Program-made: the position numbers and the translations under genes
Origin: Candidatus Deferrimicrobiaceae bacterium
GTDB lineage: Bacteria; Desulfobacterota; Deferrimicrobia; Deferrimicrobiales; Deferrimicrobiaceae
Assembly (NCBI GenBank): GCA_036390495.1
Contig: DASWBR010000203.1
Coordinates: 1-43,250, forward strand
Direction: 5' to 3'
DNA length: 43,250 bases
Part shown: positions 9,201 through 16,744 of the stretch, in pieces
How positions within the stretch are numbered: the first letter of the stretch is position 1
Layout of the letters: every line of letters starts with the position of its first letter
The notes under the pieces: generated by a model
What the model saw: only the letters and a program-made list of their open reading frames with translations
What the model was told of the DNA's origin: nothing
The model's database searches: none

Positions 9201-9292
9201 CGCGTCAGGCCCCCTGGGGAACGACTCTACAGAAAAATACGTTATCCCACTTCCCGGGGGGTGTAAAGGCGGGGTACCGCGCCGGACGGCCG

Positions 9293-11209
9293 TCAGATAC
9301 CCGTCTCCACCCCGAGGAGAAAGTTGATTCCGGGGGAGGGGATGCCGAGCCGCTCCTCGTAGTGCCGGTCCAGGACGTTCATCACGCGCCCTGTGAAGGC
9401 CACCTCCCGCAGCCCGGCGCCGGGCGATCGGATGGCGTATCTCGCGAAAACGTCCAGGAGCCCGTACGCCGGCCGCGTGTCCGGGGAGAAGGCGAAAGGG
9501 GCCAGATCCCACTGGTCCCCGACGTACCTCCAGTCGACCCGGGCCTGGAATGCGGGAACCGGCTCGTAGAGGGCGGACAGCAGATATTGCTGTTTCGGGA
9601 TCCCCAGCAGGGGGGTTCCCTTGGAGCCGTCCCAGGTGTCCGTGTAGGTGTACGTGGCCGTCACCGTCACCACCTCCGCGACCCGCGCCACCCCCTCGGC
9701 CTCCACGCCGCGGGCGAAGGAGTGTCCGATGTTCCGCAGCTGCGGCAGGCCGAACGGGCCGCCGGTCACGGTGTCGTCCGGCTGGATCAGGTCCTGGAAA
9801 TCCTGGTAGAACCAGGTCCCCGACAGGCGGACGGCGTTCCCGGCCAGTGGCTGGTCGAGCCCGGCCTCGTACGACCACGCGACCTCGGGGGAGAGGGCCG
9901 CGTAACCGTTGAACGGGTTGAACTTCTCCACCGGCGTGGGAACCCGGAACCCCCGTCCGGCGGCCGCGCGAAGCCTCGTGCCCCACCCGCCGACCTCGAG
10001 GAAGCCGGCAACCTTCGGGTTGCACTGGGTCCCCGCCTCCGTGTTCCGGTCCAGGCGGACGCCGAGGCTCACTCCCGCCTTCTTCGACAGGCGCAGCTCC
10101 TCCTGGAGATACAGCGACCGGTTGTACGTCGAGACGTTCTGCTGGCTCGTGGAGGTGAACCCCGTGTCGGTGAACGTGGATTCATTGTCCGACTGGTCCT
10201 TGTTGTACTCGGCGCCGAGGATGGTGACGGCTTTCGGCGACGGGACGAAGCGGGCCTCGAGGCCGTACACCGTCTTCCGGGACCGGTCCTCGAAGTCGAA
10301 GGCGGCCGTCTGGCCGGGGTTCGGCGGATCGTTGTCCTGCAGCGTTTCGGCGGCGATGCTCGCCGACGCGGACAGCGACACCGTCCGGCTCAGGGCCGCC
10401 GAGAGTCGCGCCCCTCCCAAATCGATCCGGCGCTCCATCCTGTGGTTGGGGTCTGCGGGATCGTCGTCCACGGCGATCCCCTTTTCCCCGTCCGTCGCGA
10501 GGTACATCCCCCCGAGACGCACGCGATCCCCGAACGCCACGTCCCCCGAACCGAGGAAGGAGGTTATGGAGGCGTCGTCGTTGGCGAGTATCCCGTCGCT
10601 CCGGTACCCCCCGCCCCCGGCGAAGAGTCCCCCTCGGGACCACCGGCCCTGCCCGAAGGCGCCCCACTTCACCGTGTCGAAGCTCCCGGCCGCCACCGAT
10701 GCGCCAAGCCCCGTCTGATCCCCCTTCCGGGGGATGAAGTTCACCACACCGGACATGGCGTTGGATCCGTAGAGAGCGCTCTGGGCCCCGCGCACCACCT
10801 CGACCCGCTCGAGCAGGTCGACCGGCAGGAACCCGATGTCGAACTGGCCCGTGGAGGGGCTGTTCACGGGGAATCCGTCGACCTGGATGAGGGTGTACGC
10901 GCTCCGTCCGCCGCGGATCTTGACGTTCTCCCGGTCCCCCGCGACGCCGCTGCGCTGGACGTCCACGCCGGGAAGCCCCTGCATCACGTCGCCCGCCACG
11001 ACCGGGAGCAGGATCCGCGACTCCTCCCGGGTCACCACGCTGACGTCCGACGCCTGCTCGGAGACCTTCTCCGGGATCCTCGTCGCCGTGACGACCACCG
11101 GCTCGGTCCGCAGCGGCTCCTCCGCGAGGGCTGCCGGGGAACCCCACGCCGCCAACACCGCGGCGGCGAGAATCACCACCCTCGACACCTTTCTCCCGAC
11201 TCGCGTCAT
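9293..11209 (-). CDS. btuB: TonB-dependent outer-membrane receptor, probably cobalamin/corrinoid uptake (BtuB-like)
   Basis: 638 aa with a signal peptide (VVILAAAVLAAWGSPAALA), a TonB-box-like EPVVVTATR, a plug domain (VSVVTREE...GLPGVDVQRSG...IRGG) and a long beta-barrel region. It is the last gene of an operon headed by a cobalamin riboswitch. Its ATG overlaps the upstream stop (ATGA). Confidence 0.85.
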   Translation of the reverse strand: MTRVGRKVSRVVILAAAVLAAWGSPAALAEEPLRTEPVVVTATRIPEKVSEQASDVSVVTREESRILLPVVAGDVMQGLPGVDVQRSGVAGDRENVKIRGGRSAYTLIQVDGFPVNSPSTGQFDIGFLPVDLLERVEVVRGAQSALYGSNAMSGVVNFIPRKGDQTGLGASVAAGSFDTVKWGAFGQGRWSRGGLFAGGGGYRSDGILANDDASITSFLGSGDVAFGDRVRLGGMYLATDGEKGIAVDDDPADPNHRMERRIDLGGARLSAALSRTVSLSASASIAAETLQDNDPPNPGQTAAFDFEDRSRKTVYGLEARFVPSPKAVTILGAEYNKDQSDNESTFTDTGFTSTSQQNVSTYNRSLYLQEELRLSKKAGVSLGVRLDRNTEAGTQCNPKVAGFLEVGGWGTRLRAAAGRGFRVPTPVEKFNPFNGYAALSPEVAWSYEAGLDQPLAGNAVRLSGTWFYQDFQDLIQPDDTVTGGPFGLPQLRNIGHSFARGVEAEGVARVAEVVTVTATYTYTDTWDGSKGTPLLGIPKQQYLLSALYEPVPAFQARVDWRYVGDQWDLAPFAFSPDTRPAYGLLDVFARYAIRSPGAGLREVAFTGRVMNVLDRHYEERLGIPSPGINFLLGVETGI

Positions 11210-12090
11210 CGCTTCTCCTTCCCTTCGTCGACCCGTACGCTTTCCCCTTCAGGGGGACACTCTTGATCCTTTGGGGGATGCAGGGGAAGATTGTCCCCCG
11301 CCAGCGTTCCCCGAAGGGGCGTGACGCGGACCGCGCCGGTCGCGGGGTTCCGGTCGCACGCGACCGCGACCCCGTACGCCGCCCGGATGCTCGAAGGCGT
11401 GAGGACCTCCTCCGGGCGGCCCTGCGAGGCCACCGCGCCCTCCGAGAGGAGGACGATCCGCTCCCCGTACTCCGCGCACAGTGTCAGATCGTGGGATGCG
11501 ACCAGCGCGGCGACCCCCCGCGTCCCCGCCAGCCGCGTGACGATCTCGTAGAACGCGACGCGGTGCCGGATGTCGAGGAACGCCGTCGGCTCGTCCAGCA
11601 GCATCACCCGGGCTCCCTGGGCGATCGCCCGGGCGACGGTGGCCCGCTGGCGCTCCCCCGCCGAGATCTCCGGCAAGGCGCGGTCCCGGAGGAGGTCGAG
11701 GCCGGTCACGACGAGCGCCCGCTCGACTTCCTCCCGATCCGCGGCCGACGTCCCCCCGAAGAGCCCCTGGTGCGGGAACCGCCCAAGGGCCACGTAGGCC
11801 GCGACCGTCATCGGAAAATCCACCGGCGGGTCCTGGCCGACGACCGAGAGGAGGCGGGCCATCTCGCGCCGCCCGTACGACCCCGGAGGGCGTCCCGCGA
11901 GCAGAACCTCGCCCCCGCCGGACGGGAGAACCCCCGAAAGGACCCGGATCAGCGTACTCTTCCCGGAGCCGTTGGGCCCCAGCAGGATGGTCACCCGGCC
12001 CGGGTGGAGGTCCAGGTCCACCTCCCGGAGGACTTCGCGCTCCCCGTAGCGGAAGGAGAGCCGCCGGGCCGACAGGAGCGGGGCCGTCAC
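11206..12090 (-). CDS. btuD: ABC transporter ATP-binding protein (FecE/BtuD type)
   Basis: 294 aa with a GTG start in a GTGA overlap. It has Walker A (GPNGSGKST), a signature-like motif (ISAGERQR) and Walker B (VMLLDEPTAFLD). The C-terminal tail, about 35 aa, is longer than typical. Confidence 0.85.
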   Translation of the reverse strand: MTAPLLSARRLSFRYGEREVLREVDLDLHPGRVTILLGPNGSGKSTLIRVLSGVLPSGGGEVLLAGRPPGSYGRREMARLLSVVGQDPPVDFPMTVAAYVALGRFPHQGLFGGTSAADREEVERALVVTGLDLLRDRALPEISAGERQRATVARAIAQGARVMLLDEPTAFLDIRHRVAFYEIVTRLAGTRGVAALVASHDLTLCAEYGERIVLLSEGAVASQGRPEEVLTPSSIRAAYGVAVACDRNPATGAVRVTPLRGTLAGDNLPLHPPKDQECPPEGESVRVDEGKEKR

Positions 12091-13094
12091 GAGCGCCCCC
12101 CGTTGCGCCGGAGCAGGTAGAGGAAGAACGGAGCCCCCGCGAGGGCCGTGACCGCACCCACCGGGAGTTCCCCGGCGGGGGACGCCGCCCGCGCGATCGT
12201 GTCGGAGAGGACGAGGAACGCACCGCCGAGGAGGAACGCGGCGGGGAGGAGCCTCCGGTGCCCGGATCCCACCAGCACCCGCGCGCCGTGCGGCACGATG
12301 AGCCCGACGAAGCCGATCAGCCCCGAGACGGCCACCACCGACCCCGCCAGGAGCGACGCCGTGAGATACGTGGCCGTCTTGACCCGCTCCACGGAGAGCC
12401 CTGTCTGGAAGGCCGCCTGGTCGCCCAGCAGCAGCAGGTCCAGGCCACGCGACAGGAGGAGGAGGACGGCGACCCCGAGCGCGACGTAGGGGAAGAGCGC
12501 CGCCACCCGGCGGGGCGTCCCGAGCCCCAGGTCCCCCATCAGCCAGTAGAGCGCCCCGGGGATCTTCCCCGGCGGCGAGAGCGTGACCATCAGCATGATG
12601 ACCGCGTTGAGGAACGCCCCCACCACGACCCCCATGAGGATGAGCCGCTCGGGAGACACGCCGCTCTTCCGCCGCGCGAGGAGGAATACCGCGAGGGCCG
12701 AAAGGGCCGCGCCGACAAAGGCGAAGAACGGGAGGGCGGCGGATGCGTCCGCCGACAGGAAGAGCGCCACCGTGAGGGCCCCCACCGCCGCTCCCCCCGA
12801 GACACCGAGGATGTACGGGTCGGCGAGCGGGTTGCGCAACAGCGCCTGGAACGCGACGCCGGAGGAGGCCAGGGCGCCGCCCACGAGGGCCCCGAGGAGC
12901 GCCCGGGGGAGGCGCAGGGAGAGGAGGACGCGCGCCGGCGTGTCGTCCCCGCCGTGCAGCAGCGCGTCCACCGCCTTCCGGAGCGGAATGGCGACGGGCC
13001 CCGTCGCGGCGGAGAGGGCCAGAGCGCCGAGGAACGCCGCGACCAGCGCCGGGAACACGGCGCGGCTCCCCCTCCCCGCCGCTCCGCCCGTCAC
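12087..13094 (-). CDS. btuC: ABC transporter permease, FecCD/BtuC family
   Basis: Polytopic hydrophobic protein (..LGALVGGALASSGVAFQALLRNPLADPYILGVSGGAAVG..) typical of FecCD. The track ORF begins at 13145. I prefer the in-frame GTG at 13094 because it forms a GTGA overlap with the binding-protein stop, as at many other junctions here. Confidence 0.8.
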   Translation of the reverse strand: MTGGAAGRGSRAVFPALVAAFLGALALSAATGPVAIPLRKAVDALLHGGDDTPARVLLSLRLPRALLGALVGGALASSGVAFQALLRNPLADPYILGVSGGAAVGALTVALFLSADASAALPFFAFVGAALSALAVFLLARRKSGVSPERLILMGVVVGAFLNAVIMLMVTLSPPGKIPGALYWLMGDLGLGTPRRVAALFPYVALGVAVLLLLSRGLDLLLLGDQAAFQTGLSVERVKTATYLTASLLAGSVVAVSGLIGFVGLIVPHGARVLVGSGHRRLLPAAFLLGGAFLVLSDTIARAASPAGELPVGAVTALAGAPFFLYLLRRNGGRS

Positions 13095-14035
13095 GGTCTT
13101 CCTCCGGTACCGGAGTCGAGGCCCCTGGCGCGTCCCTCGCGCCACGCGGCGATCGCGCCGGAGATCTGCTCGAGCGCCGCGACGAGGCGCGGACCCGGCC
13201 GCGTGACGATGTCCCCGTCGAGGGTCACCACCGCGCCGTCCCGGAACGCAGGGACCTCCTTCCAGCGCGTCACATCCTCCGGGAATTTCTCGACACCCGC
13301 CATCCCCGCCACGAACACCACGTCCGGACGGAGCGAAACGAGATCCTCCACCGAAAGGCGGGGGTACCGGCCGGACAGGCCGGCGGCCACGTTCGAACCT
13401 CCGGAGAGCCGCACCAGTTCGTCCATGAACGTGCCGGCACCCGCGGCGATGATCGGCGACGTGGATACGGCGAAGAGGACCCGGGGGGCGCCGCGCCCTG
13501 CGCCCCTCGCGGCGGCGCGGGCCCGTTCGGCGCGCCGGCGGAGCGCGGCGGCCTCTTCTTCTCCGCGCGCGGCGGCGGAAAGCAGGACCCCCATCCGGCG
13601 GATGGCAGCGAACACGGCGTCCAGGTCCTGGGGGGAAACGGCGAAGCAGGGGATCCCGATCTCCTCGAGCGCGCGCACTTTCTCCCGCGGATTGCCGTCC
13701 GTCGTGCAGAGTACGAGGTCCGGCGCGAGCGACACGACGCGCTCCACGTCGGGGTCGCTCACCCCGCCGACCTTCGGGAGGGAGGCGGCCGCGGGCGGAA
13801 AGTTGCAGTAGCGCGTCACGCCGGCCAGGATCTCCTGCCGCCCGAGGAGGAAGACGATCTCGGTGAGGCTGGGGGCGAGGGATACCACGCGGCGGGGAGG
13901 GGCGCCAAGCCGGACGGTGACGCCCCGGTCGTCCTTCATGGAAAGGGGGAAGCCGGAGGCTGCGGTCGTCGGGGCGGCAAGGGAGAGAAGGAGCAGCGCG
14001 ACGGCCGGGAACGGCACGCGGGCACGGCGCGGCAT
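13091..14035 (-). CDS. btuF: Periplasmic substrate-binding protein (BtuF/FhuD class, Peripla_BP_2)
   Basis: Track ORF 13091..14116 trimmed to the ATG at 14035 (MPRRARVPFPAVALLLLSLAAPTTAAS, a signal peptide). RVVSLAPSLTEIVFLLG and DLVLCTT are typical of the family. It is the first gene after the cobalamin riboswitch. Confidence 0.8.
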   Translation of the reverse strand: MPRRARVPFPAVALLLLSLAAPTTAASGFPLSMKDDRGVTVRLGAPPRRVVSLAPSLTEIVFLLGRQEILAGVTRYCNFPPAAASLPKVGGVSDPDVERVVSLAPDLVLCTTDGNPREKVRALEEIGIPCFAVSPQDLDAVFAAIRRMGVLLSAAARGEEEAAALRRRAERARAAARGAGRGAPRVLFAVSTSPIIAAGAGTFMDELVRLSGGSNVAAGLSGRYPRLSVEDLVSLRPDVVFVAGMAGVEKFPEDVTRWKEVPAFRDGAVVTLDGDIVTRPGPRLVAALEQISGAIAAWREGRARGLDSGTGGRP

Positions 14036-14052
14036 GTCGGTCCGCCGACGGT

Positions 14053-14099
14053 CCAAAAGGAAATCCCCCGCCCGGCGCCCTTTCGGGAACGGGCAGGGG
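14053..14099 (-). terminator. Intrinsic terminator-like hairpin forming the likely expression platform of the cobalamin riboswitch
   Basis: The minus strand reads CCCCTGCCCG-(15-nt loop containing CCCGAAAGGG)-CGGGCGGGGG, a 10-bp stem with one G-U pair, followed by ATTTCCTTTTGG. It sits between the aptamer and the btuF start codon. Confidence 0.55.
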
Positions 14100-14169
14100 A
14101 TGGGACGCGCGGCCACGGCGCGAAACCTTCCCGGCCCTTCACCCGCGAAAGGCTGCTCGGGATCTCTCG

Positions 14170-14353
14170 CCCGCCGGGCAGGTCTCCTGGCTTCCGGCTC
14201 TCCGGCGGCCCCTGCGGGGTCCGCCTTCCTACTCTCCGCGCCTTCCCGCCCTTCGGGTCCTTGCCCGGGCAGTGGCTACCTTGCGGATTTCGTCACCGGT
14301 AACAGTTGCGGGGCAGCGATGGAATCGCACCATCTTCCCTAGCGCCCGGCGGG
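14170..14353 (-). promoter_or_regulatory. Cobalamin (B12) riboswitch aptamer
   Basis: The minus strand reads CCCGCCGGG(P1 5')..AGGGAAGATGGTGCGATTCCATCGCTGCCCCGCAACTGT..GCCACTG..GGGAAGGC..AGCCAGGAGACCTGCC(B12 box, 14177-14192)CGGCGGG(P1 3'). All are hallmark conserved blocks of the cobalamin riboswitch, and it lies upstream of a btuF-C-D-B type operon. Confidence 0.9.
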
Positions 14354-14374
14354 AACGAAACAAGCTGTCTGCCC

Positions 14375-14403
14375 ATTTTGATGGCCGGGAGGTGTGCCGT
14401 CAA
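14375..14403 (-). promoter_or_regulatory. Possible sigma70-type promoter for the riboswitch/B12 uptake operon
   Basis: The minus strand reads TTGACG (14403-14398), a 17-nt spacer, then CAAAAT (14380-14375), about 20 nt upstream of the P1 stem. The -10 is weak. Confidence 0.3.
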
Positions 14404-14427
14404 GGAGCAATCGAGGGGGGGGGGATG

Positions 14428-15423
14428 TCAGGTGGTCCGGGACACCACGTAGTCGGAGAGGATCCCGAGGTACTCCCGTGCCGGGGATTCGGGCAACCGG
14501 GAAAGGTGCCGCTTCCCTCTGCGCACGAACTCGCGGGCGCGGGCGGCGGCGAAGGGGATCCCGCCGTGGCGGAACACGAGCCCCGCGAGGAAGGCGACAT
14601 CCTTCCGGGAGAGTTTCTTCTTCCCCAGGGCGGCCCGGGCCCTCTCCCGGTCCCCGCGGCCCGCGGCCCGCAGCGCGTGGATCAGGGGGAGGGTGACCTT
14701 CCCTTCCCGGAGGTCCTGCAGCGGCATCTTCCCCAGTTCCCTCTCGGTGCCGGTGTAGTCGAGGATGTCGTCCACCAGCTGGAATGCGATCCCGACCGCC
14801 TTCCCGAAGTCGAACATCGCGCGCCGGGTCGCCGGATCCGCGCCGGCGAGGACCGAGCCGGTCTCGCTGGCGGCGGCGATCAGGGACGCGGTTTTGCAGA
14901 AGACGACGGTGAGGTACTCCTCCTCGGAGATCCCGGGGTCGCGCGTCCGCATCAGTTGCAGCACCTCCCCCTCGGACAGGGAGACCAGGGTGCGGGCGTA
15001 GATGCCGAGGACGTCGATGTCGCCGTCGTCCGTCATCAGCTGGGAGGCCCGGGCGAAGAGGAAATCCCCCACGAGGATGCTCACGGAGTTCCCGAAGACG
15101 ACGTTGGCGGCCGGCTTCCCGCGCCGCACCGTCCCCAGGTCCACCACGTCGTCGTGCAGGAGCGTGGCGGTGTGCATGTACTCCGTCACCACGGACATCA
15201 CGGTGCGCCGGGATCCGCGGTACCCGCAGGCGTCCGCGGTCAGCAGCAGGACGGCCGGGCGCAGCCGCTTGCCGCCGGAGAGGGTGATGTGCTTCCCGAC
15301 GACGGGGATCAGGGAGACCGGGGATTTCAGGCAGGAGAGGAGCGCCCGCTCGACCTTCCGCAGGTCGGTCCGCAGGTACCGGAACACGCCGTCGATGTCG
15401 CCCGCCGCTCTCCCCGCTCGCAC
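14428..15423 (-). CDS. ispB: Long-chain all-trans polyprenyl diphosphate synthase (octaprenyl/heptaprenyl type) for the menaquinone side chain
   Basis: 331 aa with a GTG start. It has the first and second Asp-rich motifs (TLLHDDVVDL and AFQLVDDILDY), GGKRLRPAVLLL and KTASLIAAA. Confidence 0.9.
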   Translation of the reverse strand: MRAGRAAGDIDGVFRYLRTDLRKVERALLSCLKSPVSLIPVVGKHITLSGGKRLRPAVLLLTADACGYRGSRRTVMSVVTEYMHTATLLHDDVVDLGTVRRGKPAANVVFGNSVSILVGDFLFARASQLMTDDGDIDVLGIYARTLVSLSEGEVLQLMRTRDPGISEEEYLTVVFCKTASLIAAASETGSVLAGADPATRRAMFDFGKAVGIAFQLVDDILDYTGTERELGKMPLQDLREGKVTLPLIHALRAAGRGDRERARAALGKKKLSRKDVAFLAGLVFRHGGIPFAAARAREFVRRGKRHLSRLPESPAREYLGILSDYVVSRTT

Positions 15424-15486
15424 GATGCCAATATATTACCGGATTTCCACGTGTAAACCACTCCGGCGTTCCGGTAGGATGGGGCG

Positions 15487-16086
15487 GTGTACGATCGCAA
15501 GGACGCCTATTACCGGAAGGCGAAGCGGGAGGGGTATCGCTCCCGGGCCGCATACAAGCTCGGGCAGATCGCGGCGAAGGAGAAGGCGGTGCGCCCCGGG
15601 GACCGCGTCGTCGACGCCGGCGCCGCCCCCGGCGGGTGGAGCCAGGTGATCCTCGAACTCGTCGGGGCCAGGGGCAAGGTGGCCGCGGTGGACCTCCTCC
15701 CCATGGCGCCGCTTCCGGGGGAGAATTTCCGGTTCTGGCAGCGGGACATCGCCGATCCCGGCCTCCCCGCCGAGCTGATCTCCTTCCTCGGCGGGAGGGC
15801 CGACACCGTCCTTTCGGACGCCGCCCCCAACACGACCGGCAGCTCCTTCACGGATCAGGCGCGCTCCGCCGACCTCGTCCGGGCCGTTTTCTCCCTTGCC
15901 CGGGAGACGCTGCGCGAGGGGGGGACGTTCCTCGCGAAGATCTTCGGTGGCTCGGAGGCCGACGCCGTCTTCCGGGAGCTCAGGCCGTACTTCCGCGAGC
16001 TGCGCCGCGTCCGGCCGGAGGCGACCCGCAAGGAGTCGTTCGAACTCTACCTGCTGGGGAGAGGCTTCCGCAACGTTTTAACGTAG
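15487..16086 (+). CDS. rlmE: 23S rRNA (uridine-2'-O)-methyltransferase RlmE/FtsJ
   Basis: 199 aa with a GTG start preceded by AGGA. YRSRAAYKL, VVDAGAAPGGWSQV (SAM-binding), LSDAAPNTTG and FLAKIFGG are typical of FtsJ/RlmE. Confidence 0.9.
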   Translation: MYDRKDAYYRKAKREGYRSRAAYKLGQIAAKEKAVRPGDRVVDAGAAPGGWSQVILELVGARGKVAAVDLLPMAPLPGENFRFWQRDIADPGLPAELISFLGGRADTVLSDAAPNTTGSSFTDQARSADLVRAVFSLARETLREGGTFLAKIFGGSEADAVFRELRPYFRELRRVRPEATRKESFELYLLGRGFRNVLT

Positions 16087-16099
16087 CGCCCGGATGACG

Positions 16100-16165
16100 A
16101 TGCGGGGGAAGCCCCCCGCCCCGCTACGGGCTTCGCGCTGGCGGGGTACCCCCGATCGGAAACCC
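16100..16165 (-). repeat. REP-like palindromic intergenic element, copy B (partner at 2701-2762), between the convergent 3' ends of rlmE and the MaoC-like gene
   Basis: See copy A. It has a strong hairpin GCGGGGG-AAGC-CCCCCGC at its left end, a CCCCGC...GCGGGG stem and the GGGGTACCCC palindrome. It fills almost the entire 93-nt gap between two stop codons. Confidence 0.7.
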
Positions 16166-16179
16166 GGCGGGGGCACGAG

Positions 16180-16629
16180 TCATTCGGCGGTGCGGCAGGC
16201 AACGAGGTAGCGGTACCCGTACTCCATCACGGTCTCGCCCCGCTGGTTCACGACGCGGCACCGGACGCCGGCGATCCCGCGGTCGGGCCTGCTGAGGGAG
16301 CGCCGGAGGCCGTGCCAGGTCCCTTCGACCGTCAGGACGTCCCCCGGCCGCACGGGCGCGGTCGCCTTCACCTCGTCGATGCTGAGGCCCGACAGGATCC
16401 CGATCTCCCCGTGCGCCTCGACCACGACCCGGGTGCACGCCGACATCGTGTGGAGGGCGGACGCGATGGGGCCGCCGAAGATCGACCGTTCCGACGCCTC
16501 CCCGTCCAGGTGGAACGGCAGCGGGTCGTACTCCACCCCGAAGGCGACGATCCCTTCCCGGTCGAACGCCACGGGGCGGCACGTGAACCGCTCCCCCTCG
16601 ACCAGGTCCTCCCAATACCTCTTTCCCAT
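16180..16629 (-). CDS. MaoC-like hot-dog fold dehydratase/hydratase
   Basis: Track ORF 16180..16743 trimmed to the ATG at 16629 (MGKRYWEDLVEGERF...), giving 149 aa, the usual length. YDPLPFHLD..IFGGPIASALHT is typical of the MaoC dehydratase family. GGAG lies 9 nt upstream. Confidence 0.8.
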   Translation of the reverse strand: MGKRYWEDLVEGERFTCRPVAFDREGIVAFGVEYDPLPFHLDGEASERSIFGGPIASALHTMSACTRVVVEAHGEIGILSGLSIDEVKATAPVRPGDVLTVEGTWHGLRRSLSRPDRGIAGVRCRVVNQRGETVMEYGYRYLVACRTAE

Positions 16630-16650
16630 CCCGGACGCTCCTGCAGAGGG

Positions 16651-16738
16651 GGACATTCCTGCCGAGGGGAGACATTCCTGGTTCTGACCCGGAACGAAGG
16701 GTAGGAGTGTCCTCCCGCTGCGGGAAGGAGTGTCCTCC
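16651..16738. repeat. Two pairs of short direct repeats in the radA / MaoC-like intergenic leader
   Basis: Plus strand: GACATTCCTG at 16652-16661 and 16671-16680, and AGGAGTGTCCTCC at 16703-16715 and 16726-16738 (13/13 identical). Each unit contains a small GGA/TCC inverted repeat. Confidence 0.75.
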
Positions 16739-16744
16739 GCCATC

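Noticed and set aside
8844-10025. A 393-aa ORF that would fuse DksA to a long N-terminal region overlapping the TonB-dependent receptor gene.
   Set aside because: Only the last 118 codons (from ATG 9200) look like DksA. The upstream part is Arg/Gly/Pro-rich and is in an alternative reading frame of the well-supported receptor gene on the same strand.
14415-14424. A G10 homopolymer immediately after the ispB stop and upstream of the B12-operon promoter, considered as a phase-variation (slipped-strand) tract.
   Set aside because: Runs of 8-9 G also occur elsewhere in the window, including inside intact coding sequence (near 36701, 37679 and 38381) and in other spacers (35631, 36550). They appear to be a compositional feature of this genome rather than a specific switch.
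16630-16743. An extended 187-aa version of the MaoC-like protein starting at ATG 16743, one nt after the radA stop.
   Set aside because: The extra 38 residues have no hot-dog-fold counterpart. The region is built from direct DNA repeats spaced 19 and 23 nt apart (not multiples of 3). The internal ATG at 16629 has a GGAG upstream and gives the usual protein length. Some uncertainty remains.
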